Shown: positions 20,962 to 31,181 of the stretch, in pieces
Layout: each line of letters begins with the position of its first letter
Numbering within the stretch: the stretch's first letter is position 1
The notes under the pieces: generated by a model
Databases searched by the model: none
The model's input: the letters and a program-made list of their open reading frames with translations, nothing else
What the model was told of the DNA's origin: nothing
Translations under genes and position numbers: made by a program
NCBI GenBank assembly: GCA_043823085.1
Contig: JBDRBE010000004.1
Location: 69,510-133,509, forward strand
Source of the DNA: Candidatus Levyibacteriota bacterium
GTDB lineage: Bacteria; Patescibacteriota; Microgenomatia; Levybacterales; UBA12049
DNA: 64,000 bases
Direction: 5' to 3'

Positions 20962-21588
20962 ATGATTACCAAATACAATCAATACAGAAATGACTTTTTT
21001 AATAAACTCAGGGTTGATTTTGAAAAAGGAAAAAAAATATTAGATGTTGGATGTGGAGATGGGTCAGATGCGCAAGTCTTCAGAAAATCATATGGGCTTG
21101 ATTTTTATGGAATCGATATTTATAAAAATCCAAACATTAAAAAAAATAAGCTAAATTTTAAAATTGGAACAATTCATAAAATTCCTTATAAGTCAGAATG
21201 TTTTGATTATGTCTATGCACACGATGTCCTCCATCATATAGAAGAAAAAAATCTATCGGATAATTCTATCTTATTAGGTCTTAAAGAATTAAGAAGAGTA
21301 TGCAAAAAAAATGGATGCATAGTGATTGTTGAGGCAAATAGATATAATCCCTTATTTTATCCGCATATGGTTTTAATGAAAAAACATAACCATCTAACTA
21401 AATCGAGGTTTAAGAGATTGGTTAAGGAAGAATTTAAAAAAGATAATATACTTTTCAAATTCTTTGAAGCACATTTATATCCAGCTAAACTTATTTATAT
21501 TTTTAAAATATATGAATATTTTGCAGAGAAGATTTTTCCCAAGTGGCCTCTAGCATATAACTGCGCAGTAATTATTAAAATATCGTAA
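20962..21588 (+). CDS. Class I SAM methyltransferase (type 11)
   Basis: ILDVGCGDG, IPYKSECFD, VLHH. Confidence 0.88.
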   Translation: MITKYNQYRNDFFNKLRVDFEKGKKILDVGCGDGSDAQVFRKSYGLDFYGIDIYKNPNIKKNKLNFKIGTIHKIPYKSECFDYVYAHDVLHHIEEKNLSDNSILLGLKELRRVCKKNGCIVIVEANRYNPLFYPHMVLMKKHNHLTKSRFKRLVKEEFKKDNILFKFFEAHLYPAKLIYIFKIYEYFAEKIFPKWPLAYNCAVIIKIS

Positions 21589-21631
21589 AATAGAATAAGT
21601 TGAACAGTTTAAATAAAAGTATTGGAATTTT

Positions 21632-22831
21632 ATGCCTAATGCTATGAAAGATTTAATTAAGGATAAGAAATTTATCATTGCTGTCCATGAAAACCTAGTT
21701 ATTGGTCCTCCTTATGATTTGCGTACTTTCTTATTAGAAAAACCGGTTGAGAAGTTGATTTATATATCTCATCCTTTAACATCTGAAAAAGAATTTTATA
21801 AAGGTGTTTCACAATGTGAAGTTTACAAAAGATGTAAGTTAACGCAAAAAATTAAAGCTTTTCATTGGCGTTTACCGGATCCCCTTCTTTATGTAAAGGA
21901 TGTTTTCTATACAATTTTTTGGTCTGTAAGATTTAATAAGAAACACAATCTTTTTATTGGAGTAGATCCGCTAAATGCATTAGCAGGATTAATATTGCGT
22001 TTCTTTGGCCGTGTTGAAAAAGTTATTTATTATGCAATTGATTATTTTACTCCAAGATTCGAGAATAAAATATTGAATTATATATATCATAACATAGACA
22101 AGCTATGTGTCCGATTTTGTGATGAAACATGGAATCTTTCAGATGTTATGGCAACAGCAAGAGAAAAATATAATAATATGCCTGTAAAAATCTATAATAG
22201 ACAACATACTGTTCCTGTTGGAATATGGTTTTATCGAGCAAAAAGAAAGGAATTCGCAAAGATTAACAAGAAAAAAATAATTTTTACCGGACATTTAAAT
22301 CCAGTGATGGGAGCAGACTTAATCTTGCACGCAATGCCTAAAATTATAAAAAACATTCCGGATATTAAGCTTGAGATCATAGGGGGCGGGCAAGAATATG
22401 ATAGTTTACGAAAACTGGCGAATGATCTAAGTTTAGATAAATATGTGCTTTTTCATGGTTGGATAGAGGATAGGAAAAAACTGGAGAATCTTCTTTCGGA
22501 TGCAGCTTTGGGACTGGCGCCATTTAACACAAAAATTCCGGGGGATAAAATTAGAAACGCAGATCCCGCCAAACTTAAAGATTATGCGTTATTAGGACTT
22601 CCGTTTATAGTTACAGATGCAATAGCAAATCCCGAAGAAATTACAGAAAAAAAATGTGGCATAATAATAAACTACGATAAAGATCAATTGGCAAATGCAG
22701 TAATAAAATTATTGACCAACGAAAAGATGTTAAAAGATTATAGAGTAAACGCATTAAAATTTGTTAAAAAATATGACAATGAAGCTTTATTCACTTTAAA
22801 TCTTGAGAGGATTTTAAAAAAGAAATATTAA
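21632..22831 (+). CDS. GT4 glycosyltransferase
   Basis: IFTGHL, IIGGG, ADPAKLKDY..GLPFIVT. Confidence 0.85.
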   Translation: MPNAMKDLIKDKKFIIAVHENLVIGPPYDLRTFLLEKPVEKLIYISHPLTSEKEFYKGVSQCEVYKRCKLTQKIKAFHWRLPDPLLYVKDVFYTIFWSVRFNKKHNLFIGVDPLNALAGLILRFFGRVEKVIYYAIDYFTPRFENKILNYIYHNIDKLCVRFCDETWNLSDVMATAREKYNNMPVKIYNRQHTVPVGIWFYRAKRKEFAKINKKKIIFTGHLNPVMGADLILHAMPKIIKNIPDIKLEIIGGGQEYDSLRKLANDLSLDKYVLFHGWIEDRKKLENLLSDAALGLAPFNTKIPGDKIRNADPAKLKDYALLGLPFIVTDAIANPEEITEKKCGIIINYDKDQLANAVIKLLTNEKMLKDYRVNALKFVKKYDNEALFTLNLERILKKKY

Positions 22832-22832
22832 T

Positions 22833-23651
22833 ATGCAGATAGCAATTACAGGCGATAGCGGATTTTTAGGGACTGAGTTAAAAAGAGAACTTAGAAAAAG
22901 TGATATTTCCTTTTCGGTCTTTGAAAGAGAAAAGTACAATCTTTTTAAGCCCGAAACTCTTAAAGATTTTGTAAAGTCAAAGAATGTTATTATTCATCTC
23001 GCTGGTGCTAATAAAGATAAAAGTCTTGAAGAAATAATAAAAGTAAATGTTCTGGGAACAAAAGGACTTTTAGATGCAATAAACATGTACTCTCCTTTTA
23101 CAAAACTTGTTTTTGCTTCATCGTTTATGGTTTATCTGCAAAATGATTTTTTTGGCGTTTCAAAAAAAGTTGCCGAAGACCTTATTATAGAATATGCGAG
23201 AGAACGTTCTATAAAATCTATAATTCTTCGTTTTTCCAATATTTACGGTGAAGCTGTTAAGCCATTTTGTAACTCTGTTATATCTACTTTTGCATATAAA
23301 ATAAAAAGAGACGAACAAGTTATAATTAACGGCGATGGTACTCAAAGGCGAGATTATATATGCGTTAAAGATGCAGTATCAGCATTTATGAAAGCAATAA
23401 TGTATAAGCCAAAAAAAATTGAATGTTTTGATATATGTAGCGGGAAATTAACATCGCTAAATGAAATACTTGATTTAATGGAAAAGGTTAGTCATAAAGA
23501 GATTAATTTATGTTATAATAAAAATCTAAAATTGGATGATTTAAATATAAAAAAAGATTATACAAGAGCAAAAGAAATTCTGAATTGGGAACCAACAGTT
23601 TTATTGAAAGATGGATTAAAAACTTTTTTTAATTCGTTGCATGAAGATTAA
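22833..23651 (+). CDS. NAD-dependent epimerase/reductase (FnlB/WbjC/CapF reductase-domain-like)
   Basis: TGDSGFLG, IIHLAGAN, RFSNIYG..KPFCNSVISTF; adjacent to cupin, fnlA and fnlC. Confidence 0.75.
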   Translation: MQIAITGDSGFLGTELKRELRKSDISFSVFEREKYNLFKPETLKDFVKSKNVIIHLAGANKDKSLEEIIKVNVLGTKGLLDAINMYSPFTKLVFASSFMVYLQNDFFGVSKKVAEDLIIEYARERSIKSIILRFSNIYGEAVKPFCNSVISTFAYKIKRDEQVIINGDGTQRRDYICVKDAVSAFMKAIMYKPKKIECFDICSGKLTSLNEILDLMEKVSHKEINLCYNKNLKLDDLNIKKDYTRAKEILNWEPTVLLKDGLKTFFNSLHED

Positions 23652-24027
23652 AGAGAAAAAACTTAAAGTAAAAAGCGATATAAGAGGATGGCTCGCTGAA
23701 ATTTTAACACCGAAAGATGTTGGGAATAAAGCATTTGGGTTAATTGTCGTTACTACAGCAAAACCCGGACAAACAAAAGGAAGACATTATCATAAAAGAA
23801 AAACTGAATGGTATTGTGTTATTAAGGGCGACGGAATGCTTACATTAATAGATAATAAAACAAGAGAAACAAAAAAAATTGAAATGGGAGAAAAAAATAT
23901 GATTATGGTTCAAATTCCTCCAAATCACTTTCATCTGATTGAAAATATTGGAAAAACCGAAATGTTTCTTCTTGTATATGTTAATGAATTGTTTAACCCG
24001 AAAGAACCAGATAACTATTATGAGTAA
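23641..24027 (+). CDS. Cupin sugar epimerase (CapF C-terminal/WxcM-like)
   Basis: DIRGWLAE, KPGQTKGRHYHKRKTEW, IPPNHFHLIEN, NELFNP..PD. Confidence 0.8.
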   Translation: MKIKEKKLKVKSDIRGWLAEILTPKDVGNKAFGLIVVTTAKPGQTKGRHYHKRKTEWYCVIKGDGMLTLIDNKTRETKKIEMGEKNMIMVQIPPNHFHLIENIGKTEMFLLVYVNELFNPKEPDNYYE

Positions 24028-25147
24028 AAAAGATAATTTGAGTCAGGCGATAAAAGAAAAAATTAGCGGAAAAGTGATTTTAATCACAGGGGGAACAGGT
24101 TCATTCGGAAGCATTGTTATTAATAATATCCTTAAGCTTGATCCCAAAAGAATAATTATTTTTAGCAGAGACGAGAAGAAGCAGTTTGATATGCGTAATA
24201 AGTATGATAGTTCACTTCTGCGTTTTGTTATAGGAGATGTACGGGATAGACAAAGCGTTGATGAGGTTATGGATGGTGTTGATTATGTCTTTCATGCCGC
24301 AGCGCTAAAACAGGTACCCAGCTGTGAATTTTTCCCACTGGAGGCTATAAAAACAAACGTTCTTGGCGCTTCTAATGTTTTGACATCTGCAAGAGAACAT
24401 AAGGCAAAGAAAGTAATGATTTTAAGTACTGATAAAGCAGTGTATCCAATTAATGCGATGGGAATGACAAAGGCGCTTATGGAAAAAGTAATGATTGCAC
24501 AGGCGCGTGATATTATTAATGGTATAACAGCGAAAGGAAGGGATGATACAACTCTCTGCGGTGTAAGATATGGGAATGTACTTTACTCAAGAGGTTCGGT
24601 TATTCCTTATTTTGTTGATCAAATTAAAAAAGGAAAAGAGTTAACAGTAACAAATTTAAATATGACACGTTTTCTTCTTCCTCTTACCCAAGCAGTAGAT
24701 TTGGTTTTGTACGCATTAGCATTTGGTGAAAACGGTCATATGTATGTACGCAAAGCGCCCGCAGCTACACTTGAAATATTAGTTCAAGCCATTTGCAAGA
24801 TTTTTAGCTATAAAAAAGGATATAGAGAAGTAGGAATACGGGCAGGGGAGAAAATGCATGAAACACTCATCTCCAAAGAAGAATTTGTACGGGCAATAGA
24901 TCAAGGGAATTATTATAAAATTCCCCATGAGAGTCAGGGATTAGATTACAATAAGTATTTGTTTAAGGGAGATAAGGCAGATATTCATAATATTGAACCT
25001 TATACTTCTGCAAATACAGCGCGACTAAATCTTGAACAAACAATCAAACTCTTGCTTGCGCTTCCTGAAATTCAGCATGAGTTAAAATTTTATAAAAGCA
25101 ACATGATTGAAATCAAAGAAGAAGGAGTTTATACGGTTATTGATTAA
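24020..25147 (+). CDS. fnlA: UDP-GlcNAc 4,6-dehydratase/5-epimerase (FnlA/WbjB/CapE)
   Basis: TGGTGSFG, FSRDEKKQ, HAAALKQVPSCEFFP, STDKAVYPINAMG, RYGNV..SRGSVIP. Start moved to ATG 24020. Confidence 0.9.
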   Translation: MSKKDNLSQAIKEKISGKVILITGGTGSFGSIVINNILKLDPKRIIIFSRDEKKQFDMRNKYDSSLLRFVIGDVRDRQSVDEVMDGVDYVFHAAALKQVPSCEFFPLEAIKTNVLGASNVLTSAREHKAKKVMILSTDKAVYPINAMGMTKALMEKVMIAQARDIINGITAKGRDDTTLCGVRYGNVLYSRGSVIPYFVDQIKKGKELTVTNLNMTRFLLPLTQAVDLVLYALAFGENGHMYVRKAPAATLEILVQAICKIFSYKKGYREVGIRAGEKMHETLISKEEFVRAIDQGNYYKIPHESQGLDYNKYLFKGDKADIHNIEPYTSANTARLNLEQTIKLLLALPEIQHELKFYKSNMIEIKEEGVYTVID

Positions 25148-25158
25148 CAAATAAAAAT

Positions 25159-26286
25159 ATGATTATTGATAGGCTAAAAATAATGACAATTTTAGGAACA
25201 CGTCCTGAAATAATCAGGCTTTCTAGAATATTGCCGAAGATGGACGAATATGTTAATCATAAAATCGTATTTACGCAACAAAGTTACGATTATGAATTAA
25301 GCAAAATCTTTTTTGAAGAATTAGAACTTCGAGATCCGGATTATTTACTTGAAGTGAGATCGGACACACTAGGTGGACAAATAGGTAATATTTTAAAACA
25401 GTCGGAAGAAGTAATGCTTAAAGAAAAACCAGATGCAATTCTAATTTTAGGCGATACTAACAGTTCTTTGTCGGCAATAATTGCAAAACGTCTTGGAATT
25501 CTGGTATTTCATATGGAAGCCGGGAATAGGTGTTTTGACTTTGAGGTGCCAGAGGAAACAAATAGAACGCTTGTTGATGCTATTAGTGATTATAATTTAC
25601 CATACACTCAAAGAGGAAAAGAATACTTAATTCATAATGGTTTGCATCCAAGAAGCATTTTTGTTACAGGTTCTCCGCTTGCTGAAGTTTACAGTTATTT
25701 TAAAAATAAAATTGAAAAATCAACTGTTCTTAATGATTTAAATTTAAAATCAAATAAATATTTTGTTGTCAGCGCTCATAGAGAAGAAAATGTAGATAAT
25801 CCTGATAATCTAAAAGAGTTAGTTAATTCCCTAAATTTTATAGCAAAATATTATAAATTACCTATTATTATTTCTCTTCATCCAAGAACGAAAAATAGAC
25901 TCAGCAAAAATACGGAGATTAATCCTCTAATTAATCTTCACAAGCCATTTGGAATTTTAGAATATATAAAACTAGAGCAGAATTCACTTTGTACGATTTC
26001 AGACAGCGGAACCATACAAGAGGAATCTTCTATGCTTAATTTTAACGCAATTCAAATCAGAGCAAATTTAGAAAGGCCTGAGGCTTTTGATAAAGGCGTA
26101 ATTATTCTTGCAGGTTTTAATAAAAACTCAATTATTAATGCAGTAGAAATGACTGTTAAAGAAAAAGAGAAGACAATAGTTCCAGACGATTATAAAGATA
26201 CAAATGTTTCAAGTACAGGAGTAAAACGTATGAGGGGACTTACAGCTGTTCAAAAATATCACAATAAAAAACCTGCGGGTTTTTAA
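25159..26286 (+). CDS. fnlC: Non-hydrolysing UDP-HexNAc 2-epimerase (FnlC/WbjD/CapG)
   Basis: GTRPEIIRLS, GDTNS, HMEAGNRCFD, HREENVD, SDSGTIQEE. Confidence 0.88.
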   Translation: MIIDRLKIMTILGTRPEIIRLSRILPKMDEYVNHKIVFTQQSYDYELSKIFFEELELRDPDYLLEVRSDTLGGQIGNILKQSEEVMLKEKPDAILILGDTNSSLSAIIAKRLGILVFHMEAGNRCFDFEVPEETNRTLVDAISDYNLPYTQRGKEYLIHNGLHPRSIFVTGSPLAEVYSYFKNKIEKSTVLNDLNLKSNKYFVVSAHREENVDNPDNLKELVNSLNFIAKYYKLPIIISLHPRTKNRLSKNTEINPLINLHKPFGILEYIKLEQNSLCTISDSGTIQEESSMLNFNAIQIRANLERPEAFDKGVIILAGFNKNSIINAVEMTVKEKEKTIVPDDYKDTNVSSTGVKRMRGLTAVQKYHNKKPAGF

Positions 26287-26299
26287 AAAAAATATATTT

Positions 26300-27034
26300 C
26301 TAAATTTTTTCTATAGAAACTTTTTTAAAAAATAGTTTTTTTCCGTTTTTGCATTTTATAAATGCATTGGGATATGGATCGCCAAGAGATCTAATAAAAT
26401 TATAAAGTTCTTGTGCTGTTTTTGTTCTAAAATCTTCAATAGTTAGTTCGCTTTCCTCTGCCTTTCTTCTTTTATAAAAAGTAGCATGTAATTCATTTTG
26501 TCGTATTGGTTTAAGCTCATTTTTTACCAAACCATCTAAAACTTTGATTGTTTCTTCACTCCCTGTCTTTACGATGCGATCAAAGATATTATTTATAGTT
26601 CCATTTAGTGAAAATGTTTTCTGGCCATAAATATCGCCTGCATCTAATTCTTTTACCATTCTAAAAATTGAAACAGCACTTGTTTTCTCGCCTCTTATTA
26701 TCTGATGCTGAAGAGGTGATCCTCCTCTATATTTTGGCAATGGTGAAGTATGTAGGCATAAACATAGATGAGATTTATAAAGTGACGGAGGAATCATCCA
26801 TGACCATCCATAAAAAAGAAATATCTCCGGAGTGTATTTTTCAAGCGTTGCTATTTCTTTGTCAAGTGTTTTTGGATTAACTTTTAGACAAGGAATTTGA
26901 AGGGCTGAAAAATTTGCTTCTGGTTTCGGAATTGTAATAGCAGTAACTATTTTCCATTGTTTATCATTTTCTCTTAAGAGGTTTTTTAGAATTTGATACG
27001 ACCATTTTCTGTATCCAAAAAAAATGACGTTCAT
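26300..27034 (-). CDS. Formyltransferase (Fmt-fold; probably sugar N-formyltransferase)
   Basis: HTSPLPKYRGGSP, LDAGDI, DPYPNAF; lacks the Fmt C-terminal domain. Confidence 0.82.
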   Translation of the reverse strand: MNVIFFGYRKWSYQILKNLLRENDKQWKIVTAITIPKPEANFSALQIPCLKVNPKTLDKEIATLEKYTPEIFLFYGWSWMIPPSLYKSHLCLCLHTSPLPKYRGGSPLQHQIIRGEKTSAVSIFRMVKELDAGDIYGQKTFSLNGTINNIFDRIVKTGSEETIKVLDGLVKNELKPIRQNELHATFYKRRKAEESELTIEDFRTKTAQELYNFIRSLGDPYPNAFIKCKNGKKLFFKKVSIEKI

Positions 27035-27711
27035 AATAATTGTCCCCGAAGAAGATTATAACTTTCTGCATAAGTAGTGCTAATCTCACAACCTCTAATT
27101 CCAGCAATTCTTCTCAAATTCTCTGGGCTTCTTGGAAATGGATCAGAACGAACTTGAGAGTTATGAAGCTTAAGAAGTTCAATTTTTTCTTCGAATACGT
27201 CAGAAATATCAAGATATAAATTTGGCTTAAAATTTTCATCTGTTGACCAAGAATATGGTTCTTCAGCCTCAAAGATTATCGAAGGCTGATGACGAAGCGT
27301 GTTGGGTAATGGACGAAAAGCTGTAATGCAGGCAAGAGCAGTAGCTCTATGGTCCTGATCAAAACTCGATCTAAATGGAATTCCAACAATATCAGGTTTA
27401 AATTTCTCTGATTCATCCTCAATTTTTTCTATCAGTTCCTTTTGTGGAATACTATCAAGACGCATAAATGCCTGTCCTGTAAAAACTAACGTGTAAGTGA
27501 AGTTGCCATATTTTGAAGCAGCTTTCATTTCAGGAATTCGTTTGTATTCTGTCGTTTGTTTAGTGAGAAATTGACGTGATTGTCCAACCGCCATATACAC
27601 TACATGTACTTTTGCTTTTTCTTTTTTGGCAAGCATTATTAGGCCTCCAAAACAGATCGCTTCATCGTCTGGATGAGTGGAAATTATGAGGATTTTTTTA
27701 TTCTTGAGCAT
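27031..27711 (-). CDS. PIG-L/LmbE family deacetylase/deacylase
   Basis: HPDDE, DQDH, H.SQ, AE.Y motifs. Confidence 0.88.
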   Translation of the reverse strand: MLKNKKILIISTHPDDEAICFGGLIMLAKKEKAKVHVVYMAVGQSRQFLTKQTTEYKRIPEMKAASKYGNFTYTLVFTGQAFMRLDSIPQKELIEKIEDESEKFKPDIVGIPFRSSFDQDHRATALACITAFRPLPNTLRHQPSIIFEAEEPYSWSTDENFKPNLYLDISDVFEEKIELLKLHNSQVRSDPFPRSPENLRRIAGIRGCEISTTYAESYNLLRGQLL

Positions 27712-27721
27712 AATAATTTTG

Positions 27722-27778
27722 ATTATACCACAAATTATTTTTACAAAGTTAATCTTTTGTTCTTTGTTTTGGTATAAT
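27722..27778. promoter_or_regulatory. Divergent pair of extended -10 promoters
   Basis: TGGTATAAT on minus (27722-27730) and TGGTATAAT on plus (27770-27778) in a 79-bp intergenic gap. Confidence 0.6.
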
Positions 27779-27790
27779 AAATAAGTTCCA

Positions 27791-28747
27791 ATGAATATAT
27801 TAATAACAGGAGGGGCGGGATTTATAGGGTCAAGTTTAATAGAAGCTCTCTTAAAAAAGGGTGAAAAAGTTTGTGTTGTAGATAATTTTAATTCTTATTA
27901 TAATCCAAAGTTTAAAAAAGAAAATATAAAAAATTTACTTGCGAAAAAAAAATTAAAAGTTGTTAAAGTAGATATTTTGGAAAAAGATGTTTTAAAGCAG
28001 CTTTTTGCCAAAGAAAAATTTAATAAAATCATCCATATTGCGGCATCGGTTGGAATCAGAAACTCACTCATGTTTCCAAACCAATATTCAAAAAACAATA
28101 TTGACGGAACAGAGCAGATGTTAAAATTTGCTGTTCAATTTGGAGTTGATCATTTTATTTTTGCTTCCTCATCGTCAATTTACGGAAATAATTCTTCGAC
28201 ACCATTTACTGAAAATGAGGTTATTGCTTCAAAATTAAATCCATACGCACATTCTAAAAAAGCCGCTGAGGAGCATTGTGAAACATATCATAAAAAATAT
28301 GGTATTCCTATTACTATTTTTAGATTTTTTACTGTTTATGGCCCGAAAGGCAGACCGGACATGGCGCCCTATATTTTTACCGAGTCAATTTTGAATGAAA
28401 AAAAAATTAAAGTATTTGGAGACGGAAGTGCACAGAGGGACTTTACCTATATAGACGATATCGTAAGAGGAATTATTTTGGGGTTGGAAAAGAAGTTTCC
28501 ATTCGAAATATTTAATTTGGGCAATTCATCACCGGTTAATATTTTGAATTTTATTAAAATTATAGAAAAAATTACCGGAAAAAAAGCAAATTTAGAATTT
28601 ATTTCTCCGATTCCTTCAGAAATGAAGAATACATACGCCAACATACGGAAAGCAGAAAAACTTTTAGGTTATAAGCCTAAAACCAGCATTGAAGAAGGAT
28701 TAGAAGCATTCATCAAATGGTATAAAGAAAATAGGATGCATAGATAA
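27791..28747 (+). CDS. UDP-glucuronate 4-epimerase-like SDR
   Basis: TGGAGFIGS, ASSSSIYG, YAHSKK, RFFTVYGPKGRPDMA. Confidence 0.85.
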   Translation: MNILITGGAGFIGSSLIEALLKKGEKVCVVDNFNSYYNPKFKKENIKNLLAKKKLKVVKVDILEKDVLKQLFAKEKFNKIIHIAASVGIRNSLMFPNQYSKNNIDGTEQMLKFAVQFGVDHFIFASSSSIYGNNSSTPFTENEVIASKLNPYAHSKKAAEEHCETYHKKYGIPITIFRFFTVYGPKGRPDMAPYIFTESILNEKKIKVFGDGSAQRDFTYIDDIVRGIILGLEKKFPFEIFNLGNSSPVNILNFIKIIEKITGKKANLEFISPIPSEMKNTYANIRKAEKLLGYKPKTSIEEGLEAFIKWYKENRMHR

Positions 28748-28761
28748 AAATATTCACTCTT

Positions 28762-29925
28762 TTATTTTCCATAAAATTTTTTTATGCAGTTGATAATATA
28801 ATTCTGTTCTTTTTGCGTAATCTGGGGATACAAGGGTAATGTAAGAAGTTTTTCCCATTCAGTCTCTACAATTGGTAACTTAATTTTTGGATATAATTTT
28901 TTGTAAAATGGGTGAAAATGTAACGGCATATAATGCACACCGGAAGATATATTTTGCTCTTTTAGGAATAAACGCAGCTTATCTCTATCTTTGCACCGGA
29001 TGACATAATTATGTTGGGCAGAGATCATGTTTGGTTTTACTGCGGGACATTTAATTTCTTTTATTTTTGTTAATGCTTCATTGTATCGGCGAGCCAGCGT
29101 GTGTCGTTTGTGGTTTGCTTTATCAAGTTTTTCTAATTGAACAAGACCAATTGCTGCGTTGATATCATTCATGTGATATTTGTATCCTAATTCTACAACT
29201 TCGTAGTACCATCCATATGCTTTATACGGTTTCCTTTGTGCTTTAGAAATATCTTCTAGCCGTTCCCATGTATTTGTACTAATGCCTGCCCATCGTAACC
29301 GTCTTAGACGATCTGCAATAGTTTTATCTTTTACAGTTATCATTCCTCCATCGCCGGTTGCCAAATTTTTTACAGCGTGAAAACTAAAACAGGTAAAAGG
29401 ACTAATGCTCCCAATTTTTTTACCATTATAAGACGAACCGCAGGCATGAGCGGCGTCCTCGATAATAATAAGATTATGTCGTTTTGCTATTTTTTGCAAT
29501 CCATTTAAATCAGCCGGATGGCCTCCATAGTGTACGGGAATTATGGCTTTTGTTCGTTTCGTGATTTTCTTTTTGACATCACTTGGAGAGATGCATAATG
29601 TTCCTTCTTCAATATCGGCAAACACCGGAGTTGCTCCAACATATAGTACAGCGTGGGCAGTTGATACAAAAGTAAGAGCAGGAATAATAACTTCATCTCC
29701 TTTTTTAATACCGGCTGTAAGCAAAGCAAGATGTAAGGCGGCAGTAGCTGAATTTAATGCAATAGCGTATGGTGCGTCTGTGTAGGCAGCAAAACATTTC
29801 TCAAATTCTTGGGTTTTAGGGCCAAGACCAATCCAACCGGATTTCATAACTTGACTTACAGCCTTTATTTCCTCTTTTCCATAATTTGGCCGAAAAACCG
29901 GTATAAGTTTTTGTTTTAGAAACAT
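28762..29925 (-). CDS. DegT/DnrJ/EryC1/StrS (ArnB-like) sugar aminotransferase
   Basis: NSATAALH, EDAAHACG, FSFHAVKNLATGDGG, GYKYHMND. Confidence 0.93.
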   Translation of the reverse strand: MFLKQKLIPVFRPNYGKEEIKAVSQVMKSGWIGLGPKTQEFEKCFAAYTDAPYAIALNSATAALHLALLTAGIKKGDEVIIPALTFVSTAHAVLYVGATPVFADIEEGTLCISPSDVKKKITKRTKAIIPVHYGGHPADLNGLQKIAKRHNLIIIEDAAHACGSSYNGKKIGSISPFTCFSFHAVKNLATGDGGMITVKDKTIADRLRRLRWAGISTNTWERLEDISKAQRKPYKAYGWYYEVVELGYKYHMNDINAAIGLVQLEKLDKANHKRHTLARRYNEALTKIKEIKCPAVKPNMISAQHNYVIRCKDRDKLRLFLKEQNISSGVHYMPLHFHPFYKKLYPKIKLPIVETEWEKLLTLPLYPQITQKEQNYIINCIKKFYGK

Positions 29926-31133
29926 TAGTTATCCCCCTTTTTTAAAGAAAGCATTTTGCCAAATGCTTCTTCCAATACTTTATCTGCTTTATACATATTG
30001 TATAATTTATCGACTCCCTTTCTCATACTTTCTAGCAGAGAGGGGTTTTTATAAATTTTTTGCAAGTGCTGTCTTATATCTTCAGGATTATTATCTACAA
30101 TAATTCCTGCATTATAGTCATGAATGTATTTTGCAAAGTAGGGAACTGTGGTTATAATAATTGGTAGTCTTTGACTAATATATCGTCTGCATCTACCCGA
30201 GGTCAGAAACCAATTAGGGCTGGTAGGATGAGCCGGATATAGTCCTAAAGCCATGTGACATTGTGAAAAAATCTTGGCTATTTCTTCACCTCTGTCCTCA
30301 AAGCCATAGAAGGTAATTTTTTTATCAACCTTTTTCTGTTTTGCGTATTCTTTTAAAGATTTTTCTTCCGGTCCCGATCCTATAATTCTTAGCTGTACAT
30401 CCATGCCATTTTTAATACAGCTATGAATGACATCAATAGATTCATATGCACCAGTACTGCGGCGCAATGATCCAAGGAATGCCAAGCGAAGTGGAGGCGG
30501 AGGCGATGGTTTTTTCGTCTCTATCCTTTGAAAAAAATATCCTTGAACAAGTTGCTTTACAACAGTTTTTGGAAGCAAACCAAATTTTTCTTTATCGCAT
30601 TCTAAAAGTCGGGGGGTTGTATACCAGATTTCATCTACGTGTTTTCGAACATAACCTTGTATCATATCTATTCCTCGATAGTATAAACTGCGGAGAAATT
30701 CTGAAGGGATTGGAAAGAAATCAAACATTCGGAAAACTATTTTGTTGCATTTGAGTATGCCGAGTTTTCGTAAGATTACCGCGACAAATGCGGGTAAAAA
30801 GTGTTGAGCATAAAAAATATCACATTTGAAACTAATCTTTTTTAAAGAGCGAAGCAAATCAAAGGTTACAGAGAAAAGAGCTTTTGGGATATAAATAAAA
30901 TAGAGGATTGGTCCTGCTGCTTTTAAATTATTTTTAATATATATATCTTCGCCAATAAGTTTCCCTTTAACATAACAGAATAGTCTGCTAGGCGGTATAT
31001 TGGACATCTGTCCCAAGCTCATGATAAACACATCAACTTTTTCAAATCTTTCTTTGAGAAATAGAGTTACTGGTTGATCTTTTTCATAAGGCAGTTCCGC
31101 AGAAAAAACATGTTTATTCCAAAATTTTGCCAT
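29925..31133 (-). CDS. GT4 glycosyltransferase
   Basis: LAFLGSL, IIGSGP, LPIIITT; GT-B size. Confidence 0.75.
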   Translation of the reverse strand: MAKFWNKHVFSAELPYEKDQPVTLFLKERFEKVDVFIMSLGQMSNIPPSRLFCYVKGKLIGEDIYIKNNLKAAGPILYFIYIPKALFSVTFDLLRSLKKISFKCDIFYAQHFLPAFVAVILRKLGILKCNKIVFRMFDFFPIPSEFLRSLYYRGIDMIQGYVRKHVDEIWYTTPRLLECDKEKFGLLPKTVVKQLVQGYFFQRIETKKPSPPPPLRLAFLGSLRRSTGAYESIDVIHSCIKNGMDVQLRIIGSGPEEKSLKEYAKQKKVDKKITFYGFEDRGEEIAKIFSQCHMALGLYPAHPTSPNWFLTSGRCRRYISQRLPIIITTVPYFAKYIHDYNAGIIVDNNPEDIRQHLQKIYKNPSLLESMRKGVDKLYNMYKADKVLEEAFGKMLSLKKGDN

Positions 31134-31181
31134 AGATATTTGTATTTATACTTTGAGAGATTATATCAGAATAAATGTTTC

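Noticed and set aside
26300-27034. Calling this gene fmt
   Set aside because: Short, lacks the tRNA-binding C-terminal domain, and sits in a glycan locus; not excluded without the full genome.
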